Source: Bdellovibrionales bacterium | GTDB lineage: Bacteria; Bdellovibrionota; Bdellovibrionia; Bdellovibrionales; UBA1609 | Assembly (NCBI GenBank): GCA_965199825.1 | Contig: OZ241329.1 | Location: 2,624,001 to 2,688,000 of the forward strand | Length of the DNA: 64,000 nucleotides | Reading direction: 5' to 3' | Shown here: positions 1 through 9,369 of the stretch, in pieces | Numbering within the stretch: position 1 is the first letter of the stretch | How the letters are laid out: each line of letters opens with the position of its first letter | Position numbers and translations under genes: made by a program | The notes under the pieces: model-generated | What the model saw: the letters and a program-made list of their open reading frames with translations, nothing else | Database searches by the model: none | What the model was told of the DNA's origin: nothing

Positions 1-322
1 CAATTGATTTAAGCAAATCCTGAACATTGATCGGTGACGGCAAAAGATAATCGGCTTGATCCAAATCGGTTTGCGAATCAATTTTGTTTTGTGGAACAAA
101 AACAATTGCTTTGGGTTTTTGTTTCACATTTTTAAGAAGGTCCATCCCGTAGTTGGAAGAACGAAGCGAGAATAAAACAATCTCAGGGTGGAAGGTTAAG
201 TAGGCGGTGGCAAAACCGCGCTCACCCATCAGCGCATCCACATCAAATCCGGTTTTTTTTAGAACTGACTGGATAAAAATCATCTCATTATAATCGTCAG
301 TAACTAAAAAAATTCGCATCAT
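1..322 (-). CDS. Partial atypical receiver-domain protein (3' end outside window)
   Basis: Hand translation from ATG 322/319: MMRIFLVTDDYNEMIFIQSVLKKTGFDVDAL...HPEIVLFSLRS...LLPSPINVQDLLKSI. It has a CheY-like pattern but no Asp at the phospho-acceptor position, and the frame is open to the window edge. Not in the ORF track. Confidence 0.6.
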   Translation of the reverse strand, partial: MMRIFLVTDDYNEMIFIQSVLKKTGFDVDALMGERGFATAYLTFHPEIVLFSLRSSNYGMDLLKNVKQKPKAIVFVPQNKIDSQTDLDQADYLLPSPINVQDLLKSI

Positions 323-400
323 AGATTGCAGTATAAATTAGCTATGCCTTTTTGTACCAATAAAGAGTACGGTGAGGTCTAGAATATCAAGGAGAAATTG

Positions 401-1300
401 ATGCTTAAAGAAAGAGTAGAAACCATTTCGCTACCCGCTCGTCAGTTTACGGTGGACGGACCTAAGTCAAAGGTGCAAATCGGCAGTGGTCATGGTCTCT
501 CGGTGATCTCGGGCCCTTGCGTGATCGATTCAAAAGAGCTCGTAATGAAAACCGCAAGAGCGCTTACCGATATCTGTCAGCGCGTCGGTGTGGGTCTTAT
601 TTTTAAAAGTTCTTACGAAAAAGATAATCGCGGCACCGAAAAAAATTGGCGCGGTCCTATGGCCGAAGAAGGTCTTAAAATTTTGCGCGAAGTGCGAAAT
701 GAATTTGGCATTCCGGTCCTCACCGATATTCACCGTATCGAAGATGTTAAGATGGTGGCCGAGTATGTGGATGTGCTCCAAGTGCCCGCTTACATGTGTC
801 AGCAAACCTCACTTGTTATGGCGTGTGGTGAGACAGGCAAAGCGGTCAATATTAAAAAAGGTCAATTTTTAGCACCCGAAACAATGGACGGCGTGATCAG
901 CAAGTTTCGTTCAACCGGAAATCAAAACGTATTGTTAACCGAGCGTGGAGCTTGCTTCGGATACAATCGGCTTGTTGCCGATATGCGCTCGATTCCAATC
1001 ATGCAGCAAATTGGAGTGGCGGCCTGCTTTGATGCGACCCATGTGGTCAGACTGTACGGAATTTCGAGTGCGGACCCCAATGGTGGAGAGCCTCGATTTG
1101 TTCCCCATCTGACTCTTGCCGCGGTGGCAGCAGGTGCAGATGCTCTGTTTTTAGAAGCTCATCCAGAACCGATGGAAGCCAAATGTGATGCGGCCTCGCA
1201 ACTGCGCCTATCGAATATGGAAAGCCTTTTAAAGATGGCTCAAGCGGTTCGTAAAGCCATTGGAACTCCCGAAAACGTAGGTATGATGAAGTCGCTCTAA
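401..1300 (+). CDS. kdsA: KDO8P synthase-family aldolase (KdsA-like, metal-dependent type, divergent motifs)
   Basis: SGPCVI, LTDIH, VNIKKGQFLAP, LTERG..FGYN.LV.DMR, FDATH, FLEAHP.P..AKCD; GGAG RBS before ATG 401. Confidence 0.85.
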   Translation: MLKERVETISLPARQFTVDGPKSKVQIGSGHGLSVISGPCVIDSKELVMKTARALTDICQRVGVGLIFKSSYEKDNRGTEKNWRGPMAEEGLKILREVRNEFGIPVLTDIHRIEDVKMVAEYVDVLQVPAYMCQQTSLVMACGETGKAVNIKKGQFLAPETMDGVISKFRSTGNQNVLLTERGACFGYNRLVADMRSIPIMQQIGVAACFDATHVVRLYGISSADPNGGEPRFVPHLTLAAVAAGADALFLEAHPEPMEAKCDAASQLRLSNMESLLKMAQAVRKAIGTPENVGMMKSL

Positions 1301-1302
1301 CA

Positions 1303-2406
1303 ATGGAGCTTCTTCGCGCACGACTTGCATTTCGCTATTTGTTTTCTGAAGTGCTCCCAAGTTTCCTCTTGGGAGTCTTTGTTTTTGTATTTATTCTTTT
1401 ATCTTTTCAAGCGCTACGACTCACCGAATTTATTCTGATCCACGGGGTAAGTTTTAATATCGTCGGCCAAATGGTTTTATTTTTGGCAACATCCTTTTTG
1501 CCGGTGATTTTACCGATGAGCTTGCTGTTTGCGGCACTGCTCACTTTTTCACGACTCTCGCAGGATTCTGAAATTGTAGCTTTTAGATCTTTGGGACTAA
1601 ATAATTTCCATTTAATGATGCCCGTTTTGTTATTGGCGGTAATGACAACAATCATTTCGGCCCAAACCTCGTTTTACATTGCGCCTTGGGGCAATCGCCA
1701 GTTTGAAGTTTTAATTCATGAATTGGGCAAATCAAAAGCAACCGCAACCATTCGGGAAGGTGTATTTTCGGAAGGCTTTTTTGATATGGTGATTTATGCC
1801 AATGAGGTCGATTCAAAAAGTAATGTGTTAAAAAAAGTTTTTATTTATGATGAGCGCGATCCTAAAACTCCCCTCACCATTATCGCCAAAGAAGCCAAAA
1901 TCATAAAAGGTGAAAAAGAAGACGACGCCACAGTTTTGCGCCTTATCGATGGCGACATTCACCGCACGCAAGAGCAATCCTACACAAAAATTCGGTTTGA
2001 TCAGCACGAAATTATTTTGTTTGATGAAAAGCAATTTGGGGCACGCCAGAAATCTCTTCCCTCTTACAACATCGATGAGCTCCACCGAAAGATTGTGGAT
2101 CCCTCGACCGAAAAGCCGCAGCGGCTCGCCTTTCAGGTTGAGTTCCATCGCCGTTGGGCTCTGAGTTTTGGCTGCATTATTTTTGCCTTACTCGGTTTTG
2201 GATTAGGAACAGTCACAAACCGGCGAAGTGTGCGCTCGGGGGGATTTGTGATCTGTCTTACCGTACTGATTTCTTATTGGATGCTTTATATTGCGGCCGA
2301 AGCCTTTGCCAAAAGAGATCTCATTCCGCCAGCTCTTGCGATTTGGAGTGTGAACTTTCTTTTTCTAGGCATTGCGGCATGGGCAATAAAGAGGTCCACA
2401 ACTTAA
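1303..2406 (+). CDS. lptF: LPS export ABC transporter permease LptF
   Basis: LptF/LptG layout: 3 TM + periplasmic domain + 3 TM; RLSQDSEIVAFRSLG and EFHRRWALSF motifs. Confidence 0.85.
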   Translation: MELLRARLAFRYLFSEVLPSFLLGVFVFVFILLSFQALRLTEFILIHGVSFNIVGQMVLFLATSFLPVILPMSLLFAALLTFSRLSQDSEIVAFRSLGLNNFHLMMPVLLLAVMTTIISAQTSFYIAPWGNRQFEVLIHELGKSKATATIREGVFSEGFFDMVIYANEVDSKSNVLKKVFIYDERDPKTPLTIIAKEAKIIKGEKEDDATVLRLIDGDIHRTQEQSYTKIRFDQHEIILFDEKQFGARQKSLPSYNIDELHRKIVDPSTEKPQRLAFQVEFHRRWALSFGCIIFALLGFGLGTVTNRRSVRSGGFVICLTVLISYWMLYIAAEAFAKRDLIPPALAIWSVNFLFLGIAAWAIKRSTT

Positions 2407-3217
2407 GATCTAAGCTGTCTCTCAGAGGATAAGCCCCGAGATGGATCAGATCGAGCGCCCCCCGCCCCTTGGTCGCCATTGGAGAAACCGGCAACGTTGC
2501 CACTCGTCGGTCCAGCTCTAGCGCCCACTCTGCAGTCATTCGACTGCCCGATCTTTGATTGGCTTCGACCACAAAAACACCATTCGCTAAACTTGCAATC
2601 AACCGATTGCGCGCAAAAAAATGACCTTTATGCATCGGGGTAAATACATTGTATTGAGATGCGAATCCACCGCCGGTGGAGAGGATAAGGTCTTTGTATT
2701 TTAAAAAATCTTTTGGGTACATATTAAGAAGTCCTGAAGGCAAAACCGCAAGTGTCGGACAATTCGCTTTTGCAGCAATCAGATGGGCTTGTTGATCAAT
2801 TCCTCTAGCACCTCCGCTTAAAATTGCGAACTTGGGATCTAGGCAAAAATCCGACAGATGAACTCTTAAAAAATCGGCGCTGTCTTCGCTCGGTTCACGG
2901 CTGCCGACCACTGCGAGCAATCGTTTTGTCATCCAAATCGGTTTACCCCAATAGATCCAAAATTGTGGTGGGTGCTCGAGCAAATAAAATTCTAGGGGAT
3001 AATTTTGATCAAAGGGACAGGTCCAATGGATGTCTTGATCAATTAAAATTTGTTTATGGGCGTCAATTGTTAAGACCCAATTTTTAAAGGTCAGGTTTTT
3101 ATACGAAAGTGCACAAAATATGTGTTCGTCGTTATCGAATTTACGATTAAAAAATTCGATCGGGATTTTACTCCCGAGCATTGCGGAGAGAGACAGAATT
3201 TCTTGTGCTGATGTCAT
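2321..3217 (-). CDS. dprA: DNA-processing protein DprA (Smf)
   Basis: AVVGSR, ILSGGARGIDQQAH, FFARNRLIASL, VVEA..RSGS..TA motifs. Confidence 0.93.
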   Translation of the reverse strand: MTSAQEILSLSAMLGSKIPIEFFNRKFDNDEHIFCALSYKNLTFKNWVLTIDAHKQILIDQDIHWTCPFDQNYPLEFYLLEHPPQFWIYWGKPIWMTKRLLAVVGSREPSEDSADFLRVHLSDFCLDPKFAILSGGARGIDQQAHLIAAKANCPTLAVLPSGLLNMYPKDFLKYKDLILSTGGGFASQYNVFTPMHKGHFFARNRLIASLANGVFVVEANQRSGSRMTAEWALELDRRVATLPVSPMATKGRGALDLIHLGAYPLRDSLDLKLWTSLLPMPQCLEKESSHSKSQELAE

Positions 3218-3267
3218 AGTGCAAAAAGACTCTGCAAATAATCGATCAGCCTAAATGTTTTTTAAAA

Positions 3268-4551
3268 TCAGTAAGAGGACATGCGCACACGGTTGTCGGA
3301 AACTCGGGTATCCGGATGAAGCCCACCTTGGCCTGTGACATCACCCGTACGAATCTCTTGAAAGGCTCGCACAATAACCGCAGTAGCAAAACGGGGTTGG
3401 ATGTTGATCACTTTCATGTAGCCAATCGGTGCAACCGTTTCTTTCACAATCGTTGAGGGATTTCTAACCACAATGGTAGAGCGAACCGGCAAAATCTGAT
3501 TGATACTGACACCATCGTCAGATCCGCGGTTGATATAGACAATCGATCGATCGCCATAATAATTCATCTCTTCGGAGCCAACGCCACCAATAATCTGTGC
3601 AACGATTTGGCTTCGAGGACCATTTGAACTGAACTCATAAACCGAAAGTGTTGATTTCACCAAATCACTTTGTGCGGTCACCGTGGTAATCGATTTTTCA
3701 ACCAGTGCACGAAACACTTCGTAGGGGCTTGATTGTTTTACGCTTTCAACTCGCTCGATCACCCGCATTTGACCTTGAATTTCGATCACCCGTTCAAGAC
3801 CCATGCGCTCAAGATCGTTGACCTCACTCTTTATTTTACCCCGATCTTTAATTGCGGTTAAGACGTCGCCCACTTGAATATTGCCCTTTGTCGATTCGAT
3901 AAACACATATTGGTTTTGGGCGGCGGCAAAGTTGGCGCCCTCAACCTCGACAATATGACCCAATGATTGAGGAAAAGTTTGTGTGATGTACGAAGGGAGA
4001 TAAGAGCGGTCGATCAGAGCTTTTCGTTTTACGCGCTGAAAGCTTACACCTTTTGCTCCATAGAGCGAAGTTTTAGACGCCATCCAGTTAGGCAAACTAT
4101 CCGGAATGGTCCTTAATACCGGCTTAAATTCTTGAGTGGCGGTGGGGATTTCGTCTTCTTCGTTTCGCGAAACTCGTTTTGTCTTTGCGGGCTTGTCATC
4201 TCCCTCTTCGCCGTTTTCGGTGATGGTGAAAGAGGGTGCGTCCGATTCATCCCCCAAAATAAAACGAATGCTATTTCCTTCGGTAATCAGATGTGGATTT
4301 ACAATTTCACTATTGACCGACCAGATTTTGGGCCAATAATTTCCATCCCCAAAAAAAACTTTGCTCACTCCCCAAAGAGTGTCGTGATTTTGTATTTGGT
4401 AAGATTCACTGGCGCGAGTGCCAACGAGCTCATGCCACTCATCGGAGCTCATTTTTTGATTGTGATAATTAACGTAAATATCATGAAGTTGAGATTCGAG
4501 CTGGAGATCAGGCTGGCTCGCAAAGGCATACATCAGCAAAAATATTTTCAT
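3268..4551 (-). CDS. tsaP: LysM peptidoglycan-binding protein, TsaP-like (T4P secretin-associated)
   Basis: LysM YQIQNHDTLWGVSKVFFGDGNYWPKIWSVNSEIVNPHLI, C-terminal VYINRG..DGV beta domain, and position directly upstream of dprA (typical tsaP synteny). Confidence 0.7.
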   Translation of the reverse strand: MKIFLLMYAFASQPDLQLESQLHDIYVNYHNQKMSSDEWHELVGTRASESYQIQNHDTLWGVSKVFFGDGNYWPKIWSVNSEIVNPHLITEGNSIRFILGDESDAPSFTITENGEEGDDKPAKTKRVSRNEEDEIPTATQEFKPVLRTIPDSLPNWMASKTSLYGAKGVSFQRVKRKALIDRSYLPSYITQTFPQSLGHIVEVEGANFAAAQNQYVFIESTKGNIQVGDVLTAIKDRGKIKSEVNDLERMGLERVIEIQGQMRVIERVESVKQSSPYEVFRALVEKSITTVTAQSDLVKSTLSVYEFSSNGPRSQIVAQIIGGVGSEEMNYYGDRSIVYINRGSDDGVSINQILPVRSTIVVRNPSTIVKETVAPIGYMKVINIQPRFATAVIVRAFQEIRTGDVTGQGGLHPDTRVSDNRVRMSSY

Positions 4552-5048
4552 AATTTACCACTCTTTAAGTTTTTGAGTTCGACACCCGCTCTATAAGCTT
4601 CCACCGATTCTGGATACTCCCCACGCAATTGTTCCAAAACATGATGGGCGGGTTCATTGAGATTTAATTTTTTTAAGACCACACCTTTAGCAAGTAATGA
4701 GCTTGCTCGCTTGTTTCCGAGTGGATACTCGCGTGCGATGGTGTCAAAAGACTTGATCGATTCGGCGAGTTTATTTTTTTGTATTTCTAAAAGACCGCGA
4801 AAATAAAGTGCGTTGTCATTCAAAGGGGATTGTGGAAAATATTTGTGAAGCATCTCTTGAGCTCTTACAAGCTCCAAAATTTTGCCCGCACGATAGTTTT
4901 CTAGCACCCGGGTGTAAAGCATGTTTTCACCCTCAGGGAAAATTGCACCGGCACTGGACGCCGTGGAAACCGCCGCAAAAGTGGTTGCCGCACCGATCAG
5001 TCCGACCACAAACAGGATTACTAACCCGAAATCCAACTTTAGTTTCAT
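4548..5048 (-). CDS. Exported TPR protein (CpoB/YbgF-like TPR pairs)
   Basis: FPQSPLNDNALYFRG, YPLGNKRASSLL and YPESVEA repeats; N-terminal hydrophobic segment; ATG 5048 with GGGGG RBS. Confidence 0.75.
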   Translation of the reverse strand: MKLKLDFGLVILFVVGLIGAATTFAAVSTASSAGAIFPEGENMLYTRVLENYRAGKILELVRAQEMLHKYFPQSPLNDNALYFRGLLEIQKNKLAESIKSFDTIAREYPLGNKRASSLLAKGVVLKKLNLNEPAHHVLEQLRGEYPESVEAYRAGVELKNLKSGKL

Positions 5049-5163
5049 CGTGCCCCCATCCGTTATGGTGAACCAACTTTTTGGAACATGCAAAGTGATT
5101 GCGGCTATTTAGAAATGAAAGGAAATAGGAACCCATTAATTTTTGTTTGATCAGGTTTAAGAA

Positions 5164-5172
5164 TTATCCACA
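5164..5172 (+). promoter_or_regulatory. Consensus DnaA box (TTATCCACA) within an inverted repeat
   Basis: Exact 9-mer in an intergenic region; it overlaps the inverted repeat TCCACAT-caa-ATGTGGA (5167-5183). Confidence 0.35.
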
Positions 5173-5197
5173 TCAAATGTGGAAATTGACTCGATCA

Positions 5198-5392
5198 AGA
5201 CCTTGGACTTGAGCTCAGTCAGGGGTTTCAGCGAAATGCTGAAACAACTTGCAGTAGATAACCTATCAGAATCTTAAGATTTATCAGTTCGTCCCGTCTT
5301 GTGATTTTAGACTTGAGTAAGAATCTTACATCTCCGGATTCGGATACTTTAAAGGCCTTTTACGCCCCTAAAAGGGCCGCAGCCCAAGGTCC
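5198..5392 (-). ncRNA. Candidate ~195-nt rod-shaped structured RNA (6S-like or novel)
   Basis: Minus-strand 12-bp closing stem GGACCUUGGGCU/AGUCCAAGGUCU, a 7-bp second stem UUAGGGG/CCCCUGA, an 8-bp side hairpin (5225-5245) and an irregular apical stem; upstream promoter-like motif. Confidence 0.5.
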
Positions 5393-5396
5393 AGAT

Positions 5397-5425
5397 TTTG
5401 TAATGAGGCTTTAAAAATGTGGCAA
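5397..5425 (-). promoter_or_regulatory. Sigma70-like promoter for the candidate ncRNA
   Basis: TTGCCA-N17-TACAAA, placing +1 at about 5390-5392, the 5' end of the closing stem. Confidence 0.45.
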
Positions 5426-6280
5426 CTTTTAATCTTTTTCTGGGTATTGGCGATTTTTAAACTCATCCCCATGGGCGATGTTTTGCTGATGCTGGGTACT
5501 TATTCACAAAACATTTGTGTTCGAATGTTGCCACCGTCAGCAAGCCTTGAAATCCAATCGGCACTGATATGTGGAGTAAAACTTAAAGGTCAAAATTATG
5601 AAATTTTAAAAACTTTAAACCTGATACATGTGATCATGGCCTCGGGCGCAGTCCTTTTTTGGCTGGAAAGAGCCTTAAAACCATTTGCAAATATTTACCG
5701 CAAATTATTATTGCTCGGATTTTATTTTTTTTCGGGCTGCCATCCTTCAATTCTTCGCTGTTTGATACATCAGTCACTTTTTAAAAATTCAAAATCATTG
5801 TCGGTGAGCTTAAGCCTTTTGTGTTCGGGGATTGCAGCGTGGCTTTTGATGGATCACTCTTATATTCTAATTTTATCTTGGGCCTGCGCTATTTTATTTT
5901 CCTGGGCCAATATGCTTTCACAAAATCTATTTATTAAAGCCTTATTTTTTTATATTGGGTTTTTGCCGTTTTCTTATTCAATGGGGCTGACCCATCCCTT
6001 ATCAATTTTGGCTTATCTTCTTTTTGCAACCTCATTGAGCGCAATATTTTTGCCTTTGTCGCTCTCTTGCATTGTGTGTCCGCCGCTCACATCGATTTTT
6101 GATATCACATGGAATTATTTTTTCCTTTTAGCGCAGAGTATAACTCCCTATCTTGTGACAGGAAAACAAAACGTATTTATCTCAATATCGCATTTGGTTT
6201 TTTATACCGCACTGATTCAAGTTGGATTTTATTTTTTTGAAATGTGGAAAGTCCGTCGGCTATGGCGCGCGCTGGTTTAG
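5417..6280 (+). CDS. comEC: ComEC/Rec2 membrane (Competence) domain protein
   Basis: ALICG, LNLIHVIMASG and SGCHPSILR motifs, multi-TM; true start may be 5471; no N-terminal OB domain evident. Confidence 0.75.
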   Translation: MWQLLIFFWVLAIFKLIPMGDVLLMLGTYSQNICVRMLPPSASLEIQSALICGVKLKGQNYEILKTLNLIHVIMASGAVLFWLERALKPFANIYRKLLLLGFYFFSGCHPSILRCLIHQSLFKNSKSLSVSLSLLCSGIAAWLLMDHSYILILSWACAILFSWANMLSQNLFIKALFFYIGFLPFSYSMGLTHPLSILAYLLFATSLSAIFLPLSLSCIVCPPLTSIFDITWNYFFLLAQSITPYLVTGKQNVFISISHLVFYTALIQVGFYFFEMWKVRRLWRALV

Positions 6281-6987
6281 CTTTCTTATTCATTTTGTTT
6301 CTTCCCTCGTTGATTTCTTTTGATTCGTTCAATGAGGCTGTGGTTTGGAATGTGGGCCAAGGCCAATGGATCACTTTTTCTTTAAACGATGTCTGTTTGC
6401 ATTTTGATATGGGTGGCGAGATGAATCCTCTCCAAAATGTATGGCGTCTCTGTCATACAAAGGAAAATCACGCTTTTTTTTCACACTGGGATCAGGATCA
6501 TCTCAATTTTTTAAAAACGGCGGCACAAAAACTTGGGGTTTGTCTCGAACAAGCTCCAAAGGGCTTAAGCCCCTCAGATCATAAACAAGAACTTGTCGCA
6601 GCCCTCTTACCTTGTGAATCAAAATCGAAGGAAGTCGAAATTTTTGCTAAACAAAAACTAATGACTGTTTCAAATGATGGCTACATTTACGTGGTCCATC
6701 GCACATGGTTGTTGACCGCGGACTCTCCCCAAAAGGCCGAGCGGCAATGGATTAAGAAATCCTTACCTTTTATAAATATAAAATATTTTGTGATTGGACA
6801 TCATGGGAGCAAATCCAGTTCGAGCCATCAGCTATTAGCCAAATTAAAAAATGTCGAAGTCGCCGTAGCATCGCAAAGACTGAAGCGCTACGGCCATCCT
6901 CACCGTGAAGTGATCCAAAAATTAAGAGATATGGGACTTCAACCGCTGCTCACCGAAAGTTTTGGGCATTTGCACTTTCGGCTTTAA
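6262..6987 (+). CDS. ComEC-type metallo-beta-lactamase domain, as a separate ORF
   Basis: WNVGQGQ, FDMGG, SHWDQDH, LLTAD, GHHGSKSSS, RYGHPH motifs. Confidence 0.85.
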   Translation: MARAGLAFLFILFLPSLISFDSFNEAVVWNVGQGQWITFSLNDVCLHFDMGGEMNPLQNVWRLCHTKENHAFFSHWDQDHLNFLKTAAQKLGVCLEQAPKGLSPSDHKQELVAALLPCESKSKEVEIFAKQKLMTVSNDGYIYVVHRTWLLTADSPQKAERQWIKKSLPFINIKYFVIGHHGSKSSSSHQLLAKLKNVEVAVASQRLKRYGHPHREVIQKLRDMGLQPLLTESFGHLHFRL

Positions 6988-8090
6988 TTTTTAAAAGCCC
7001 GATACTCCATATTCAGATCACGCGCCACTGGCTCATACGACACAAAGCCGCCGTACACATTGAGCCCTTTTAATAATAATGGATCTTTTGTGACCGCAGC
7101 CTCGACGCCAAGGCTTGCGAGCATCGATGCATAACGAAATGTCGAGTTGGTTAAAGCATACGTGCTCGTGCGCGCAACAACACCTGGCATATTCGGCACA
7201 CAATAATGAATCACGTTATCAACCTCAAAGGTAGGATTCGTGTGTGAGGTGGGCTGACACGTTTCGATGCATCCCCCTTGATCTACCGCAACATCCACGA
7301 CCACACTGCCCGATCCCATCGACTGAATCATTTTTTTAGTCACAAGTTTTGGAGCTTTGCGACCTGTGACTAAAACTCCGCCGATCAACAGATCTGTTTT
7401 TTCAACACACGCTTCAATATTTTGCATGTTTGAGTACAGAGTTTTGATTCGTCCTTGAAAAATATGATCAAGATATTCGAGGCGAGCGTGATTGACATCC
7501 AAGATGGTCACATCTGCACCAAGACCCACCGCCATTTTTGCGGCGTTGACTCCGACAACTCCGCCACCAATGATCGTGACCTGCCCGCGCTCAACTCCTG
7601 TCACACCACCAAGCAAGATTCCTTTGCCGCCATGATCTTTTTGTAAGTAATAAGCCCCAATTTGTGTGGCCATGCGTCCCGCAACTTCACTCATTGGGGT
7701 CAGGAGCGGAAGGGTCCCATCTAGAGCTTCAATCGTTTCGTAAGCCACCGCCTTTACTTTTCGCTCACACAAAACTTTAGTGAGTCGAGGTTCAGCGGCG
7801 AGATGGAGATAGGTGTAAAGAATCTGATTTTCTTTTAACAGGGGATACTCATCGGGCAAGGGTTCTTTGACCTTTACGATCATTTCACTCTGCGAATAGA
7901 CAGAGGCCTTATCATCCAAGATTTTTGCACCTGCCCGCTCGTACTGCTCATTTAAAATACGACTGCCGAGGCCTGCATCTTTTTCGACATAAACGGTATG
8001 ACCCTCGGAGACGAGTTGCTTGACTCCGGCTTCGGTCATACCCACCCGATTTTCGCTAATTTTAATTTCTTTTGGAACACCAACAATCAT
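6984..8090 (-). CDS. ald: Alanine dehydrogenase
   Basis: [48 protein letters not shown]; start refined to ATG 8090 (GGAGG RBS). Confidence 0.97.
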   Translation of the reverse strand: MIVGVPKEIKISENRVGMTEAGVKQLVSEGHTVYVEKDAGLGSRILNEQYERAGAKILDDKASVYSQSEMIVKVKEPLPDEYPLLKENQILYTYLHLAAEPRLTKVLCERKVKAVAYETIEALDGTLPLLTPMSEVAGRMATQIGAYYLQKDHGGKGILLGGVTGVERGQVTIIGGGVVGVNAAKMAVGLGADVTILDVNHARLEYLDHIFQGRIKTLYSNMQNIEACVEKTDLLIGGVLVTGRKAPKLVTKKMIQSMGSGSVVVDVAVDQGGCIETCQPTSHTNPTFEVDNVIHYCVPNMPGVVARTSTYALTNSTFRYASMLASLGVEAAVTKDPLLLKGLNVYGGFVSYEPVARDLNMEYRAFKN

Positions 8091-8162
8091 CTGATTTCCT
8101 CCTGTAAAAGCTAAGGCCTTTACAGTTAGACACCGCAAATAATTTGTTGGCTAGAGCTTTTG

Positions 8163-9053
8163 TTAGCCCGAGTAGGCAAAACGAGATTCAACCTCACCAC
8201 CAAGCTCAACGAGCTTGTAGGATTTTGGGTTGAGCAAAATATGTCTCACAAGTTTATTCATCACATCATGTCCCGCGCGGTACAATGTGAGGTGACCCAT
8301 CAGGGGCATACCAAGAGTCACCAAATCTCCAAGGGCATCCAAAACTTTATGTCTTACAAGTTCGTTTGGAAATCGCAAACCTCCAGGATTTAAAACTTTG
8401 GTGTCATCAAAAACGATTGCATTATCAAGCGATCCACCAAGACCCAACCCATGCTTTCGCATTTCTTCTACGTTTTTTAAAAAACCAAAAGTTCGAGCCT
8501 CTGCAATATCGCGAACGAAGGTAGTTTCATTGATATCAATATCAAGAGTTTGATACCCAATTGCGGGATGATCAAAATCAATAGTGCAGGTGATTCTTAA
8601 ACCATTATAAGGTTCGACCACTGCATATTTTGTGTCGTCACCATAAACAATTTTTTCTGTGACATAGGCATACTTCCGGGGTTGTTCTTGCTCAACAATT
8701 CCTGCGTTTAAAATCGCATCACAAAAGTATTTGGCACTGCCATCGCAAATTGGAATTTCTGGGCCGTTGAGTTCGATTAATAAATTATCGATTCGCAATG
8801 CCGAAAGTGTTGATAGACAATGCTCCACTGTCGAGACCGAAAACACGTCGCCACCCAATGTGGTTGCAAGCGTTGTGGCTTGAACAAGTTCGGCGTTGGT
8901 CGAAAGTGCGGGCGAACCACTGAGGTCGCGCCTGACAAAGAAGATTCCGGTATTTTCTGGGGCTGGACAAAAGGTCAAGGTTGCCGGCTTTCCAGTATGC
9001 AGACCAATACCTTCGACCCGTGCTCGTTTACGAATTGTTCGTTGTAAAAACAT
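8163..9053 (-). CDS. lpxC: UDP-3-O-acyl-GlcNAc deacetylase
   Basis: QRTI, GIGLHTG, STVEHCLS, PICDGSA, ARTFGF, RHKVLDALGDL; start refined to ATG 9053. Confidence 0.97.
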   Translation of the reverse strand: MFLQRTIRKRARVEGIGLHTGKPATLTFCPAPENTGIFFVRRDLSGSPALSTNAELVQATTLATTLGGDVFSVSTVEHCLSTLSALRIDNLLIELNGPEIPICDGSAKYFCDAILNAGIVEQEQPRKYAYVTEKIVYGDDTKYAVVEPYNGLRITCTIDFDHPAIGYQTLDIDINETTFVRDIAEARTFGFLKNVEEMRKHGLGLGGSLDNAIVFDDTKVLNPGGLRFPNELVRHKVLDALGDLVTLGMPLMGHLTLYRAGHDVMNKLVRHILLNPKSYKLVELGGEVESRFAYSG

Positions 9054-9092
9054 AAGCTCAACTCCAAAGCAGAATTTGGGTATTGTCAAGAA

Positions 9093-9353
9093 ATGCTGAT
9101 TATCGTGATGGCTCTTTTGGTAGGATCGGGTTGTGCGATTCGCGAAACACATTTTTATATGCCTGATGATTATGATCAAAAAAGTTCGGCAATGGGTGCG
9201 GCCTATGCGGGAAGCGCATTAAGCTTTCGAAAACCAATGCCGCGGAGGATGCCTGATCATCCCCACGAATTTTATTACAAAAATTGTTCGCTCACGGGTC
9301 ATTCGAGTTACTACTCAAAAACCGATTATATGTGCAACTCAGTATTCTATTAG
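9093..9353 (+). CDS. Small putative lipoprotein
   Basis: Hydrophobic N-terminus with lipobox-like GSGC; fills the gap between lpxC and ruvB. Confidence 0.55.
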   Translation: MLIIVMALLVGSGCAIRETHFYMPDDYDQKSSAMGAAYAGSALSFRKPMPRRMPDHPHEFYYKNCSLTGHSSYYSKTDYMCNSVFY

Positions 9354-9369
9354 ATAGTGAACGAAGGTA

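Noticed and set aside
5100..5416. Possible oriC (DnaA box in an intergenic region)
   Set aside because: Only one consensus box plus one 2-mismatch box, no box array, and no dnaA, gidA or parAB nearby.
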